Assembly: GCA_965218085.1 (NCBI GenBank)
Contig: CBDCKF010000001.1
Coordinates: forward strand, 1,166,581 to 1,230,580
Length of the DNA stretch: 64,000 nucleotides
Source of the DNA: Terriglobia bacterium
GTDB taxonomy: Bacteria > Acidobacteriota > Terriglobia > 20CM-2-55-15
Reading direction: 5' to 3'
Shown here: positions 1-10,020 of the stretch, one piece after another
Layout of the letters: the number at the start of each line of letters is the position of its first letter
Position numbering within the stretch: the first letter of the stretch is position 1
Notes under the pieces: generated by a model
Database searches by the model: none
What the model was told of the DNA's origin: nothing
Seen by the model: only the letters and a program-made list of their open reading frames with translations
Made by a program: the position numbers and the translations under genes

Positions 1-2
1 AG

Positions 3-2414
3 GACCCAGCCGATGAGAGGGTGTTTATCCCGACAGCGGACATGCTGAGGGGCGATTTGACCACCTTCGCTTCTGCGGCCTGCAACTCGGGCCGGCGGGT
101 CGATTTGGAAGCGCCCTATGTCGATAACCGGATCGACCCCGCCCTGTTCAGCCCGGCGGCAGTCAATCTAGCGGCCCGGCTGCCGACGACGAACGATCCC
201 TGCGGCGAGATCACCTTCGGGGTAAGGGAGAACACTGACGAGCACCAGGTCTTGAGCCGGGTCGACTACCAATTGAACGACGAACAATCGCTGTTCGGGC
301 GTGTTTATTTCGTCGACCCTGACGAAGCGGTACCGTTCTCGTTCGATGAGAGCAACGTCTTGCTTACGGATTTCAACGGCTACGACAATTGGGTCGCCGC
401 CTATGCGGCGGGCCATACCTATCTGATCAGCCCCACCACGGTCAACTCACTCCGCCTGAGCGCGAACCGCTGGGAAGCCGTCCGCGCCAAGGGCAGCATT
501 TTCTCGGCCCCGGACTTGGGCGTCAACATCTTCTCTTATGAGAATGACCAAACAAGGGTGAGTGTGGACGACGGATTCGACCTCGGAACGAACAACGGGC
601 CGATGATCGGCAACAGCTTTGCCCTCACCGAGGAGTTGAGCCTGACGCGGGGCGATCACCAGTTGACGTTCGGATCGAACGCGGGATACTCGATGTCGTT
701 TCTGAGATCGAACGTTCGGACGGCGGGCAACTTCGATTTCGATGGCCTGTCGGACTTCCTCATAGGCGAGGTGGCTGAGTTCCAGCAAACCCCGCAAACC
801 AATGCCATCGTCACCCAATGGCACACAGGGTTTTTCGGCGCCGACGTCTGGCGGCTGACGCCCACTGTGACCGTGAACTACGGACTTCGCTGGGAGCCCT
901 ACATTCCCCAGGTGCGCCGGAATGGTTCTGTCGACAATTTCAGCGAAGCCCGGTATGCGGCGGGGCAGAAGACCATCGTTTACGACAACGCCCCGTTCGG
1001 CTTTATTTACCCTGGCGATCCCGATTTTGTGGGGGGGTCCCCCAGGGGCGACGGTACCTTCCTGGCGTCGGGTCAAAATATCCACTGGGGTGATATCTCG
1101 CCGAGGCTGGGCTTGGCCTGGGATATGTTCGGGGACGGACGCATGTCCGTTCGAGCGGCCTTTGGAAGGTCGTACGAGCAGTTGACGGGCGGACTCTTCG
1201 CCGGTTTCATCTCCCCGCCGTGGGACAATCGGGTCATCCTCGACAACCCCGTGGGGGGGTTTGACGATCCCTGGCTCGACTTTCCGGGTGGCAACCCGTT
1301 CCCGACGCCTCAGGAGGTGACTGCCGATGCGTTGTTCGTGCCCAATGGAAGCTACTACTCGCTTTCACCCGACCTCCCGACGACATCGAGGAACCAGTGG
1401 AACCTGAGCATCCAGAGGCAGTTCGGGCAGGACTTGACCGTGGAGACGACCTACATCGGCAGCCAGGCAGCGCACATCTGGTATAACAATGCGATCAATT
1501 ACGGCCTATATGTTCCCGGGGTCGGCGACGCCAACGGGAACTGCTTCCTAGACGGCGTGCAGACTCCCTTCACGGTCAGGGCAGGCAGTTCCTGTTCCTC
1601 GACCAGGAACCTCAACGACCGTCGGCGCCTGAACATGTTGTATCCGAACATCGGGGGGACAACCCTCTCATATGTGGATGAGTACACGAACGGGGGCACG
1701 CAGAGCTACCACGGCCTGCTGCTTTCCGTCCAGCGTCGGGCTACCGACGGCGTGAACTTCGGCACGAACTATACGTACTCACACTGTTATGGCGATGACA
1801 ACGTATCGCAAAGCGGGCATGGAGGGAATCCCGACAGGACCGTCCGTCCCGGCAACCGGGATGCCGACCGCGGCAATTGCCGCCACGACCGGCGGCACGT
1901 CTTTAATCTGACGTCGGTCCTCCAGACGCCGGAGTTTGCCAACCCGACCACGCGGACTCTGGCCAGCAACTGGAGGCTGTCCACGATCTTCAGAAGGTCG
2001 TCGGGTGCCTTTCTGACCGCGGACCTCGGCCGCCGTCGGGATCAGGCGCGGAGCGGTGTCGCCGACCAACGGGCAAACCAGGTGCTCGACGATGTGTTCC
2101 TGGACAAGTCGGGCGACCCGGGTACGCTGTACCTGAATGCGGATGCGTTTGCGCAACCCGCTTTGGGTACCTATGGAAACATTGGCCCCCGGAATATTAA
2201 GGGGATCGGAACCTGGGACTTGGACGTGGCGCTCGCGCGCACATTCCAGTTGGGCGAAACCCAGCAGCTGGAGTTTCGAGCCGAGGCGTACAACCTGACG
2301 AACAGTTTCCGGGCCGTAAATCCGGAGGACAACATTCGGAGTCGCAATTTCGGCAGGATCCGTCGTGCTTTAGCCCCGAGAATCCTGCAGTTCGCACTGA
2401 AGTTTGCGTTCTAG
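3..2414 (+). CDS. TonB-dependent receptor, Oar/acidobacterial type (5'-partial)
   Basis: Frame is open from the window edge. Contains TVNYGLRWEPY, ISPRLGLAWD and LEFRAEAYNLTN motifs and a C-terminal aromatic beta-signal (LQFALKFAF). Confidence 0.9.
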   Translation, partial: DPADERVFIPTADMLRGDLTTFASAACNSGRRVDLEAPYVDNRIDPALFSPAAVNLAARLPTTNDPCGEITFGVRENTDEHQVLSRVDYQLNDEQSLFGRVYFVDPDEAVPFSFDESNVLLTDFNGYDNWVAAYAAGHTYLISPTTVNSLRLSANRWEAVRAKGSIFSAPDLGVNIFSYENDQTRVSVDDGFDLGTNNGPMIGNSFALTEELSLTRGDHQLTFGSNAGYSMSFLRSNVRTAGNFDFDGLSDFLIGEVAEFQQTPQTNAIVTQWHTGFFGADVWRLTPTVTVNYGLRWEPYIPQVRRNGSVDNFSEARYAAGQKTIVYDNAPFGFIYPGDPDFVGGSPRGDGTFLASGQNIHWGDISPRLGLAWDMFGDGRMSVRAAFGRSYEQLTGGLFAGFISPPWDNRVILDNPVGGFDDPWLDFPGGNPFPTPQEVTADALFVPNGSYYSLSPDLPTTSRNQWNLSIQRQFGQDLTVETTYIGSQAAHIWYNNAINYGLYVPGVGDANGNCFLDGVQTPFTVRAGSSCSSTRNLNDRRRLNMLYPNIGGTTLSYVDEYTNGGTQSYHGLLLSVQRRATDGVNFGTNYTYSHCYGDDNVSQSGHGGNPDRTVRPGNRDADRGNCRHDRRHVFNLTSVLQTPEFANPTTRTLASNWRLSTIFRRSSGAFLTADLGRRRDQARSGVADQRANQVLDDVFLDKSGDPGTLYLNADAFAQPALGTYGNIGPRNIKGIGTWDLDVALARTFQLGETQQLEFRAEAYNLTNSFRAVNPEDNIRSRNFGRIRRALAPRILQFALKFAF

Positions 2415-2455
2415 CAGTGTTGTGTATTGGAAGTAAGTTGATGTAGTTGGATCAT

Positions 2456-2486
2456 GACTGTGGGGATGCTCGGCGTCCCCACAGTC
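2456..2486. terminator. Stem-loop after the TonB receptor gene
   Basis: gactgtggggatgc-tcg-gcgtccccacagtc: 14-bp stem (one G-T pair) ~40 nt after the stop; no clear U tail. Confidence 0.55.
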
Positions 2487-2780
2487 CAACTCAAGTCTTT
2501 CCGTATCCCGTTCCTCATGAAGGCCTGCCATTAGTCCCTTTCATACCCGTGCATGATGGCCCAACGAACCGAGTTCTGTGATACATCGATGTCCACCGGG
2601 CCGTTCAATCAGCTGCGCCAAGCGGGATATAGCATTGCGCTGACAGTGACTCCATCGCCCTCCGGTACGTCGATAAGCGGGATGGAAACGTTGATCAGAG
2701 TGGACCCGATACTTCGGATAGACTGAAGCAGAACTCGGCTGCGGCCACCCCGAGGGAAACCATCCAGGGAGGAAAGAAGA

Positions 2781-4418
2781 ATGCGAAACGAAATAATGCC
2801 AATCAAGGCGATCCCGGCCAAGGTGATCACGGTAATGACACTCGCTGTAGTGGCAGTGCTGGCAACCTCATCGGTCGCGTCCGGTCAGGGTGCGTTCGCC
2901 CCCGGGGGAGGTCTGTCCTCCAGCATCATCGAGGCATCGGTTCTGACGCGGGCGGGACTCCCGTCCGAGGACATGGCCAAGACTGTCTTGAGCGATGCGC
3001 TGAGGGGCAACATTCATCCCCAGTGGTTTGCTGTAAAGTCAGGCGGAGCCACGATTCGTACATTCGTGGTCTTCCCGCAACGTCCCGATAAGGCCCCTGT
3101 CGTGCTTCTCACATCCGACAATCAGGGCATGAGCGACTGGCTCCGCGCGATGGGCGATCAGGTGGCGGGGGAAGGCTTCATCGCCGTTGTGCCGGATCTG
3201 TTATCGGGGATGGGTCCCGATGGCGGCGGCACTCAATCCTTCGACAGCCGCGACGCGGTTTTCAAAGTCCTGACCGAGCAGAGGAACGAAATTGCGAAAC
3301 GTACCGCGGACCTGATGGACTGGGCGATCCGGATGCCGGGGTCGAACGGGCACGGGACCATCCTCGGATTCAATGCTCAGACCGGCAATCCGCGGATCGA
3401 TGCCAGCATCGAATCGGGGGAGCGCCGCCGAGCGACTTTCGAGTTGAACGAGTATGCCTGGGAAAACGCACTGGCGTTCCTGGCAACTACCGAAAACGTT
3501 GCTCAGCCGGCTGCCCTCGCGAGGCAGGCGGGCGGTGGCGGTCAAACGCTTCTCGGGACGCGGGAGGCCGGAATCCTGGCCGAATTTCTGAGCCGTGGAG
3601 ACACTGATCGGATACCGACGAGAAGTAAACACCCCGACTTCCCTGCGAATTTCCTGATGGCCGCCAGAGTTGTCGACGATTCACCCCGTCGAGGTGAGTG
3701 GATCGACATTCCGATGGCGGGCGGCACCCAACTCCGCACCTGGATTTCCTATCCCGAAGGCACCACCCCTGCGCCCGTTGTACTTGTCTTTCAGCCGGGT
3801 CCCGGCATGGACATGGGCGAGCCGCCCCAGAGGGGAGGCGGCGCCAACTGGCTGCGGGGAATCGCCGACCAGTTGGCGTACGAGGGCTTCATTGCCCTTG
3901 TTCCGGATCTGACATCGGGTCTGGGTCCGAACGGCGGGAACTTCGATTCCTTCCGGTATCCTGACGATGTCGGCATGGCGCTGGGTACGCTCAGCCGCGA
4001 GGAGGTCCTCAATCGAGTCAGAGCCGCGCACGACTATGGGCTCGGCCTGCCCATGGCCAGCGGTACGAGCGCGGCGATCGGATTCTGCTTCGGCGGTGGA
4101 CTGGCCTGGGAATCCGCAGCAATGGTCGAAGGCTTGGACGCCGGCGTGGTCTTCTACGGCGGTCCTCCGGAGGAACAGGTGATGGCTCGCATCCACGCCC
4201 CGGTGGCAGCCTACTACGGAACGAACGACGTCGGCCTGGCACCGAGAATCGGAACTGCAACGGCGGATATGGCGAGGCTGGGGAAGGAGTTCGAGGTGGA
4301 AGTCTACGACGAGGCCACGCACGTGTTCCTCTATCGTCAGGACCTGAGCAAGAATTCGGCAGCAACGGTGGATTCATGGCCGAAGGCGATCGCATTCATG
4401 AAGAAGCACACGATGTAG
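2781..4418 (+). CDS. Secreted dienelactone hydrolase family protein with two tandem DLH domains
   Basis: Signal peptide and two repeats of LR..ADQ.A.EGFIA.VPDL.SG.GP.GG. The second domain has GFCFGG and a C-terminal His (ATHVF). Confidence 0.85.
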   Translation: MRNEIMPIKAIPAKVITVMTLAVVAVLATSSVASGQGAFAPGGGLSSSIIEASVLTRAGLPSEDMAKTVLSDALRGNIHPQWFAVKSGGATIRTFVVFPQRPDKAPVVLLTSDNQGMSDWLRAMGDQVAGEGFIAVVPDLLSGMGPDGGGTQSFDSRDAVFKVLTEQRNEIAKRTADLMDWAIRMPGSNGHGTILGFNAQTGNPRIDASIESGERRRATFELNEYAWENALAFLATTENVAQPAALARQAGGGGQTLLGTREAGILAEFLSRGDTDRIPTRSKHPDFPANFLMAARVVDDSPRRGEWIDIPMAGGTQLRTWISYPEGTTPAPVVLVFQPGPGMDMGEPPQRGGGANWLRGIADQLAYEGFIALVPDLTSGLGPNGGNFDSFRYPDDVGMALGTLSREEVLNRVRAAHDYGLGLPMASGTSAAIGFCFGGGLAWESAAMVEGLDAGVVFYGGPPEEQVMARIHAPVAAYYGTNDVGLAPRIGTATADMARLGKEFEVEVYDEATHVFLYRQDLSKNSAATVDSWPKAIAFMKKHTM

Positions 4419-4476
4419 CCGAAAGGACTTGGGGCTGAGAAACAGTGGGCGTACGAAAAACATTTGGAGGTGTTTG

Positions 4477-5391
4477 ATGTTGAAGTGCTGGCAGTTTGCT
4501 GTTACGAGTGCGGTTATTGTTCTGCTCGCCGGGTGCTCCGGCCCGGAACCCGGGGGAACACCGGAACCGGATTCGGCCGTGGCCGGGGATCAACCTGCAG
4601 AGCGCGTGAACTGGAATCTGAGGGCGCCGTGGGCCCAGACGCGGCAGGACGCCACGCGCGAGAACAAGGCTCCCTTCAAGCTTTTCGACAACGTGTACTA
4701 CGTCGGACTTCAGACCGTCTGCGCCTATCTGATTGATACGGGAGAGGGACTGGTCCTGATCGATTCAACCTATACCGACACCGGGGATTTGGTTCTGGAA
4801 AACATCCGTACCCTGGGTTTCGATCCCGAGAATCTGGAATACATCTTCGTGACCCACGCCCATCAAGACCATGTCGGCGGCGCGGCGAGAATCCAGGAAG
4901 TGTCCGGCGCGCGTGTGGGTATGGCGCAAGGGGACTGGGGTGTCGTAGCAGGGCAGGAAGATTACGAGCTCACCGAGGATCTCGTTCTCGCCGACGGTGC
5001 GACGATGACGCTGGGAGATACCACGTTTATGTTCTACCTCACCCCGGGGCATACACCCGGTTCGACCTCGATCGAGTATCAGGTGCAGGATGGTGAGAAC
5101 TCCTATCGCGCGCTCAGTGCCGGCGGACTGGGAATGTCGATGGGTCCAGTGGAAACACTGACGTTTCTCAGTAGCGTCGAACGTCTCAAGGCCCTCGGTC
5201 CATGGGATGTAATGCTGCCTAATCATCCATGGCTGATGGCGGGCACGCTAGCAGACGTAGAGACAGGCTTGTCGACGCGGGGAGACGGAGCGCATCCGGG
5301 CGTCCTGGGTTCGGCAACGATCGACGGTTGGTTTGATTCGGTCTTGGCCGTGATACACGAAAAAATTGATTCGGAGACCCAGGCGCCTTAG
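4477..5391 (+). CDS. Metallo-beta-lactamase fold lipoprotein (subclass B3-like)
   Basis: GGAGG RBS before ATG 4477; lipobox LAGC; HAHQDH, PGHTPG and PNH metal ligands. Confidence 0.85.
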   Translation: MLKCWQFAVTSAVIVLLAGCSGPEPGGTPEPDSAVAGDQPAERVNWNLRAPWAQTRQDATRENKAPFKLFDNVYYVGLQTVCAYLIDTGEGLVLIDSTYTDTGDLVLENIRTLGFDPENLEYIFVTHAHQDHVGGAARIQEVSGARVGMAQGDWGVVAGQEDYELTEDLVLADGATMTLGDTTFMFYLTPGHTPGSTSIEYQVQDGENSYRALSAGGLGMSMGPVETLTFLSSVERLKALGPWDVMLPNHPWLMAGTLADVETGLSTRGDGAHPGVLGSATIDGWFDSVLAVIHEKIDSETQAP

Positions 5392-5403
5392 TTTTCGCCC
5401 TTT

Positions 5404-6511
5404 GTAGCGTTGTTGCATGGATCGGGGCGGAGATGGAATTCGCCCTTTCCCAAGCGGTAGCGTCAGGCGATACGCTCGAACACAGGCCGTCCGAGTGCGG
5501 TCATTGTGTTCAGGACTTTTTGGCCGAGTTGGATCTCCGTGATCTGCCTGGAGAAGCTGCGGGATTGGAGTCTGCGGCCGATGACACCCTTCCAACGGCC
5601 GATCTGCGTTTCTATCCGGCTGCGCTGGTTGTACCCTGTGGCCACTTGCCAGGCCATGCGGCCGTTGCTGCGGATCTGAGCAATATGGCGATCCCGAACG
5701 GTTGGATCCCGCGCCGATTGCGGTCGGATCGCTGCGTTCTTTGGCGGCGGTATAACCACATCCAGGGTCTCCCCATACCGTTCCCTCAGCAGATCTCGTG
5801 TAGACGCTCCATCATAGGCGCCGTCAGCCAGAAAGCCCGCGACCGGGGCATCGAGTTGATCCAGGAGCCCGGGTAATGCAGTGCTGTCTCCAACGTCATC
5901 GTGAGTCAGATTGGCGCAAACAATCGCACCGCTGGCCAGGTCCAGTCCGAGGTGGAGTTTGCGCCAGCGGCGGCGTATTCCCTTGATTTTATGCTTCTGC
6001 GCGAGCCATTCCCCTTCGCCGAAGATCTTGAGGCCGGTACTGTCCACCACCAGATGGACAGGCACAGATCCGGCTTGCATCATCACCTGAGCGATGCTCA
6101 AGCCGTTTGCACGACGCGACAGTGTGGAGAAGTCCGGCACCCGTATATCCAGCCCCATGAGCGTGCCGATGGATCCCATAAGTCCCTGCGTTTGCCGCAA
6201 CCCAAGCCGATACGCCGTGCGCAGCGTCAGGCATGTCTCGATCGCCAGATCCGAGTATCTCCGCTGGCCACCCCGTGACGTGCGGCGCGGCGCGCTCCAC
6301 ACACTTTGAGCCTCCTCACTGACCCAGATCGTCAGATCACCCCGCTGGCGCAGGCTCTCGTTATATTCCGCCCAGTTGATCACCCGATACTGCGCCTTAT
6401 CAAACTTGTGCCGTCGGGCTGCGTTGAACTTATGTGGCATCTAAGTTATCCCCGGTGTTGAAAAACACGATGATAAGGCATCCTTCGGGATGATCCATGC
6501 AACAAGGTTCC
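5404..6511 (-). mobile_element. IS5-family (IS903-like) insertion sequence
   Basis: TIRs gtagcgttgttgcatggatc (5404-5423) and gatccatgcaacaaggttcc (6492-6511) flank the transposase. No clear target duplication, so the exact ends are uncertain. Confidence 0.8.
5463..6440 (-). CDS. IS5-family transposase
   Basis: NWAEYNESLRQRGDLTIW, VVDSTGLK, WRKLHL, ADGAYD and YNQRSRIET motifs. Confidence 0.95.
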   Translation of the reverse strand: MPHKFNAARRHKFDKAQYRVINWAEYNESLRQRGDLTIWVSEEAQSVWSAPRRTSRGGQRRYSDLAIETCLTLRTAYRLGLRQTQGLMGSIGTLMGLDIRVPDFSTLSRRANGLSIAQVMMQAGSVPVHLVVDSTGLKIFGEGEWLAQKHKIKGIRRRWRKLHLGLDLASGAIVCANLTHDDVGDSTALPGLLDQLDAPVAGFLADGAYDGASTRDLLRERYGETLDVVIPPPKNAAIRPQSARDPTVRDRHIAQIRSNGRMAWQVATGYNQRSRIETQIGRWKGVIGRRLQSRSFSRQITEIQLGQKVLNTMTALGRPVFERIA

Positions 6512-6546
6512 TTCAAGGCCGGGACTATAATCGCTTCCAACACACT

Positions 6547-7047
6547 TTACGAATCCGCGATACGTTCCTGCGCCAGGGAAAGTGCCAGTAGCACCGCGTC
6601 TTCGGGGGTCGCCACGGCGTGAAATAGGGGTTCCGAGTACCGCTTGCCATCGAGGACCGAGTCCCACGTTCGGAGCCCCACGACGGGCGTGCCTACCTTG
6701 ATGGCGAGGGCAATTTCCGAGAGGGTCCCTGCACCGCCGGCGATCGCGATGATCGAGTGTGCGGTCAGCACGTTGATTGCGTTCCGGGCGTTGCCCATTC
6801 CAGTAACGATCGGGAGTCCGACCCAGCGGTTCGCGTTCCCTTCGTTGTCGTCGGGAAGAATACCGACGACCAGACCTCCGGCTTCCGAAGCGCCGCGTGC
6901 CGCAGCTTCCATCACGCCGCCGCCACCGCCACAGATAAGCACCGCGCCGTGGTCGGCGACACCGCGGCCCACACTTTCGGCGATCCTGGAAATCTCCGTG
7001 TCACAGGTTCCGGAGCCCATGACGCCTATCCTCAATTTCCGCTCCAT
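6547..7047 (-). CDS. TIGR00725 / LOG-SLOG family Rossmann-fold protein
   Basis: ICGGGGGVMEAAARGA, TGMGNARNAIN and GGAGTLSEI motifs. Confidence 0.88.
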   Translation of the reverse strand: MERKLRIGVMGSGTCDTEISRIAESVGRGVADHGAVLICGGGGGVMEAAARGASEAGGLVVGILPDDNEGNANRWVGLPIVTGMGNARNAINVLTAHSIIAIAGGAGTLSEIALAIKVGTPVVGLRTWDSVLDGKRYSEPLFHAVATPEDAVLLALSLAQERIADS

Positions 7048-7079
7048 TCCCTAGTTCTGCCCTACGGTCGGAAAGACAC

Positions 7080-7149
7080 AACCGAGAGACGCCAAGATGC
7101 AGATGACCTAAATAAAAAATCACTTTTGCGTCTCTGCGCCTCTGCGTTA
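7080..7149. repeat. Octamer-based imperfect palindrome (ACGCAGAG-type), copy 1
   Basis: accgagag-acgccaag-atgcagat, AT-rich loop, then ttttgcgt-ctctgcgc-ctctgcgt; same design as 11133-11208. Confidence 0.65.
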
Positions 7150-7210
7150 ACAGTCATATATCGGTTTGACTCACCCTGGAGGGTCAGGTTTGATGAAACT
7201 TGTCAATGCT

Positions 7211-8044
7211 TCAGTTCATCATCGCGCGGATTCGTTTTACGTTCATTAAATACGACTCAATTTTGGAGTTGTCCGCTGAATCGGGAGAGTGCTTCAGGTA
7301 CCACTTGAGATCGCTTGCGGCTCCTCTGAACTGGCGTAGCTGAAGACGCAGAACGCCACGCTCTTTGTAGAGCTCCACCGCCTCAGGTTCGGTCAGTATC
7401 ATCATGTCCAACATCACGAGGGCCCGGTCGAAAGTCTGTGCTTGAAGGTATATCGACTTTAAGTTGGCCAGCATCCGCGTGAGGATATGGCGGTTGGTGA
7501 CCCGCCGTAACCATCGTTCCATCCTTTGACCGGTCTCGAGTCGCCCGGGCGGAAGTAGCCCACGACACTCCTCAGGTGTCAGTATCGACCCCTGGTTAAA
7601 GGGGTCGATAAATATTTCTTCAGTCCGTGATACGTGCTTTACCAGAAAGTGCCCCGGCACGCCGACTCCGTCGATGGCGAAACCGATGCGGCGGGCAACC
7701 TCGATATAGATGGCTGATAAGGTGATGGGGATTCCCGTCCGCCGCTCGATGACATCGTTCAAAAAACTATTGCGAGGGTCGTAGTAGTTTTCCGAATTGC
7801 CCTCGAACCCGTAGTCGACGAAGAGAACCTGATTGATCGCCTCAATGGTTTCTATCGGCGGAGAATCGGTGGCCGTTTTTCTTTCTACTCCAGCAGCCAT
7901 GCGATCGAGTTCGTCCAGATATGGGCCGAGCGACAGGTGAGGGTATTCTTCAGTGGCCAGGAGTAAAGCGGCCTCTGCCAACGGAATGCCTAAATCCGGC
8001 AGTGTGACTAACTCTCTAAATGTCTCTCTGGATCGTGTAGTCAC
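7211..8044 (-). CDS. SirB1-like transglutaminase-like / TPR protein
   Basis: GFEGNSENYYDPRNSFLNDVIERRTGIPITL and PGHFL motifs with a C-terminal TPR. The GTG start overlaps the upstream HAD stop (GTGA). Confidence 0.88.
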   Translation of the reverse strand: MTTRSRETFRELVTLPDLGIPLAEAALLLATEEYPHLSLGPYLDELDRMAAGVERKTATDSPPIETIEAINQVLFVDYGFEGNSENYYDPRNSFLNDVIERRTGIPITLSAIYIEVARRIGFAIDGVGVPGHFLVKHVSRTEEIFIDPFNQGSILTPEECRGLLPPGRLETGQRMERWLRRVTNRHILTRMLANLKSIYLQAQTFDRALVMLDMMILTEPEAVELYKERGVLRLQLRQFRGAASDLKWYLKHSPDSADNSKIESYLMNVKRIRAMMN

Positions 8045-8712
8045 GCCAACCTTTCCTTGATCCACGGTTCGAATTCCTGGATCGAGGCGAGAATCCAATC
8101 GGCTTCGCCGAGGTGAGACCGATCGTAGGAATGTTCCACTGCCAGACACTGAAGGCCTGCGGATTTCGCTGACCGGATGCCTCCGCCGGAGTCTTCCACC
8201 GCTAGGCACCTCCCGGCCTCGAGTTGCCCGTGGCGCTTTGATAACTGCTCTGTGGCTGTAAGGAACGGTTCCGGATCCGGCTTGCCGCTGTCGACATCTT
8301 CGGCAGCTACGATGACGGAGAAATAGGTCTCAAGGGCGCCAGCCTTGAGGATCCACTCGATTTCATCCCTTCGGGCACCGGAAGCGATCCCAAGCGGACA
8401 GCTCTCCGCTGCCGCTCGAACGGCTCTGTCCGATCCCTCGAAAAGTACGTCTCTGTCGCCCAGAAGACTGTAGTAGCTATTCGATTTTCGGGCCACGAGT
8501 GTTTCCAATGCGTCACCGGCCAGGTTCAGGTTGTGGTCACCATAGAGCGCGCGAAACAGGTCCCAGTCGTCGAACGCCAGGTACCGTTCGTAATATGCTT
8601 TTTCAGTAAGCGAAAGTCCCTCTTCGAGCGCTATCGTTTGGAAGGCTTCCAAATGTATCGGCTCATCATCGGCCAGGACGCCATTGAAGTCGAATATTAC
8701 AGCTTGAAACAT
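8041..8712 (-). CDS. HAD-family phosphatase (beta-PGM-like)
   Basis: FDFNGVL motif I, KPDPE and VEDS.GGI motifs. Confidence 0.88.
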   Translation of the reverse strand: MFQAVIFDFNGVLADDEPIHLEAFQTIALEEGLSLTEKAYYERYLAFDDWDLFRALYGDHNLNLAGDALETLVARKSNSYYSLLGDRDVLFEGSDRAVRAAAESCPLGIASGARRDEIEWILKAGALETYFSVIVAAEDVDSGKPDPEPFLTATEQLSKRHGQLEAGRCLAVEDSGGGIRSAKSAGLQCLAVEHSYDRSHLGEADWILASIQEFEPWIKERLA

Positions 8713-8872
8713 AGTGATCGTGTTATGCGCTGTCCCATCTGAGGCGAGACGTCAGTCTAATACGACAATCAGGTCAAATAGGAAAAGTCGCTCAGCCGGC
8801 TTTCACTACGGGCTGTTATAGCATCCTTCGAAAATAACCCGAATCGCATACTGATAAGATACGAGATTGCCT

Positions 8873-9973
8873 ATGAGTTACGACGTCATCGTGGTCGGGG
8901 GTGGAGCGATTGGACTGGCTCTGGCCCGCACCATGGCCGAGGACCGGTCGGTTCTCCTGATCGAGCGGGGTTCCACCGGCCGGGAATCGTCGTGGGCGGC
9001 GGCGGGAATGCTGTGCCCGCACAGCGAGGCCACGGAAAACGACCCACTATTGGGGTTGAGCCTCGCAAGTCTCGCGATGTACCGGACTTTTGCTGCGGAA
9101 TTGCTCGAGGAGACCGGCGTCGATATCGAATATCAGGACAATGGCGTGATCGTGCTCGCCTCGGACTCGATTGAATACGAGAACTTACGGCATCGGTGTG
9201 CGTGGCAGCAGAGGGCCGGACTGGACGCGACACTGCTTTCTGCCGAGGACGCACGCAGGCGGGAACCGCGACTGACCCTTGAGTTCGAAGGCGCGATGTT
9301 CTGTCCGGGTGACCATCAGATTCGGCCCCGAATACTCCTTGATGCTCTTAAAAAGTCATGTGCCATACGCGGCGTCGAGATTCTGGAAAACTCTCCGGTG
9401 GAAGCAATCGTTTCAGCCGGAGACCATGTGACGGGTGTCCGGTCCGGTTCCGGGTCCTTTGCTGCTCCAGTCGTGATTCTGGCCGCTGGAGCCTGGGCGT
9501 CCGAAATCGATGGTATGTGTCCGAAGATTCGCATGAAGCCGCGGAAAGGTCAGATACTCTCGCTCGAGATGCCGGGCCCGGTGTTCCGGCATCTGATTCG
9601 ATGGGGTCGGCTCTATTTGGTTCCACGCAGGGAGTGCGAACTCGTTGTCGGTGCAACGAATGAAGATTGTGGGTTCGACCGCCGGCCTACGGCGGCAGGA
9701 TTGAGCGTTCTGCTGGCCGATGCCCAACGACTGTCTTCCGATGTCGGGCACTATCCAATTCTGGAAACGTGGGCAGGCCTGCGTCCGGCCACCGAAGACG
9801 GGCTTCCGGCGATAGGGGCTTCAGGAGTCGAGGGGCTGTTCTATGCTCTCGGCCATTACCGGAACGGAATCCTCTTGACACCGGTTACCGCAAAAATCAT
9901 AGATGCGCTGACGCGAGGGGACATCCCTGATGAAGAGCTGTCTGCATTCTCGCCGCTGCGTTTTTCCCAGTAA
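8873..9973 (+). CDS. thiO: Glycine oxidase ThiO / FAD-dependent oxidase
   Basis: GGGAIG FAD motif, SWAAAGML, WAGLRP and GHYRNGILL. Confidence 0.85.
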   Translation: MSYDVIVVGGGAIGLALARTMAEDRSVLLIERGSTGRESSWAAAGMLCPHSEATENDPLLGLSLASLAMYRTFAAELLEETGVDIEYQDNGVIVLASDSIEYENLRHRCAWQQRAGLDATLLSAEDARRREPRLTLEFEGAMFCPGDHQIRPRILLDALKKSCAIRGVEILENSPVEAIVSAGDHVTGVRSGSGSFAAPVVILAAGAWASEIDGMCPKIRMKPRKGQILSLEMPGPVFRHLIRWGRLYLVPRRECELVVGATNEDCGFDRRPTAAGLSVLLADAQRLSSDVGHYPILETWAGLRPATEDGLPAIGASGVEGLFYALGHYRNGILLTPVTAKIIDALTRGDIPDEELSAFSPLRFSQ

Positions 9974-10020
9974 TACATCCGGGTTTTCCTTACCCGATAG
10001 GCTGGTATAATCGCGTCTTC

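Noticed and set aside
5395-6520. Target-site duplication for the IS5 element
   Set aside because: No convincing direct repeat flanks the TIRs under either end placement.
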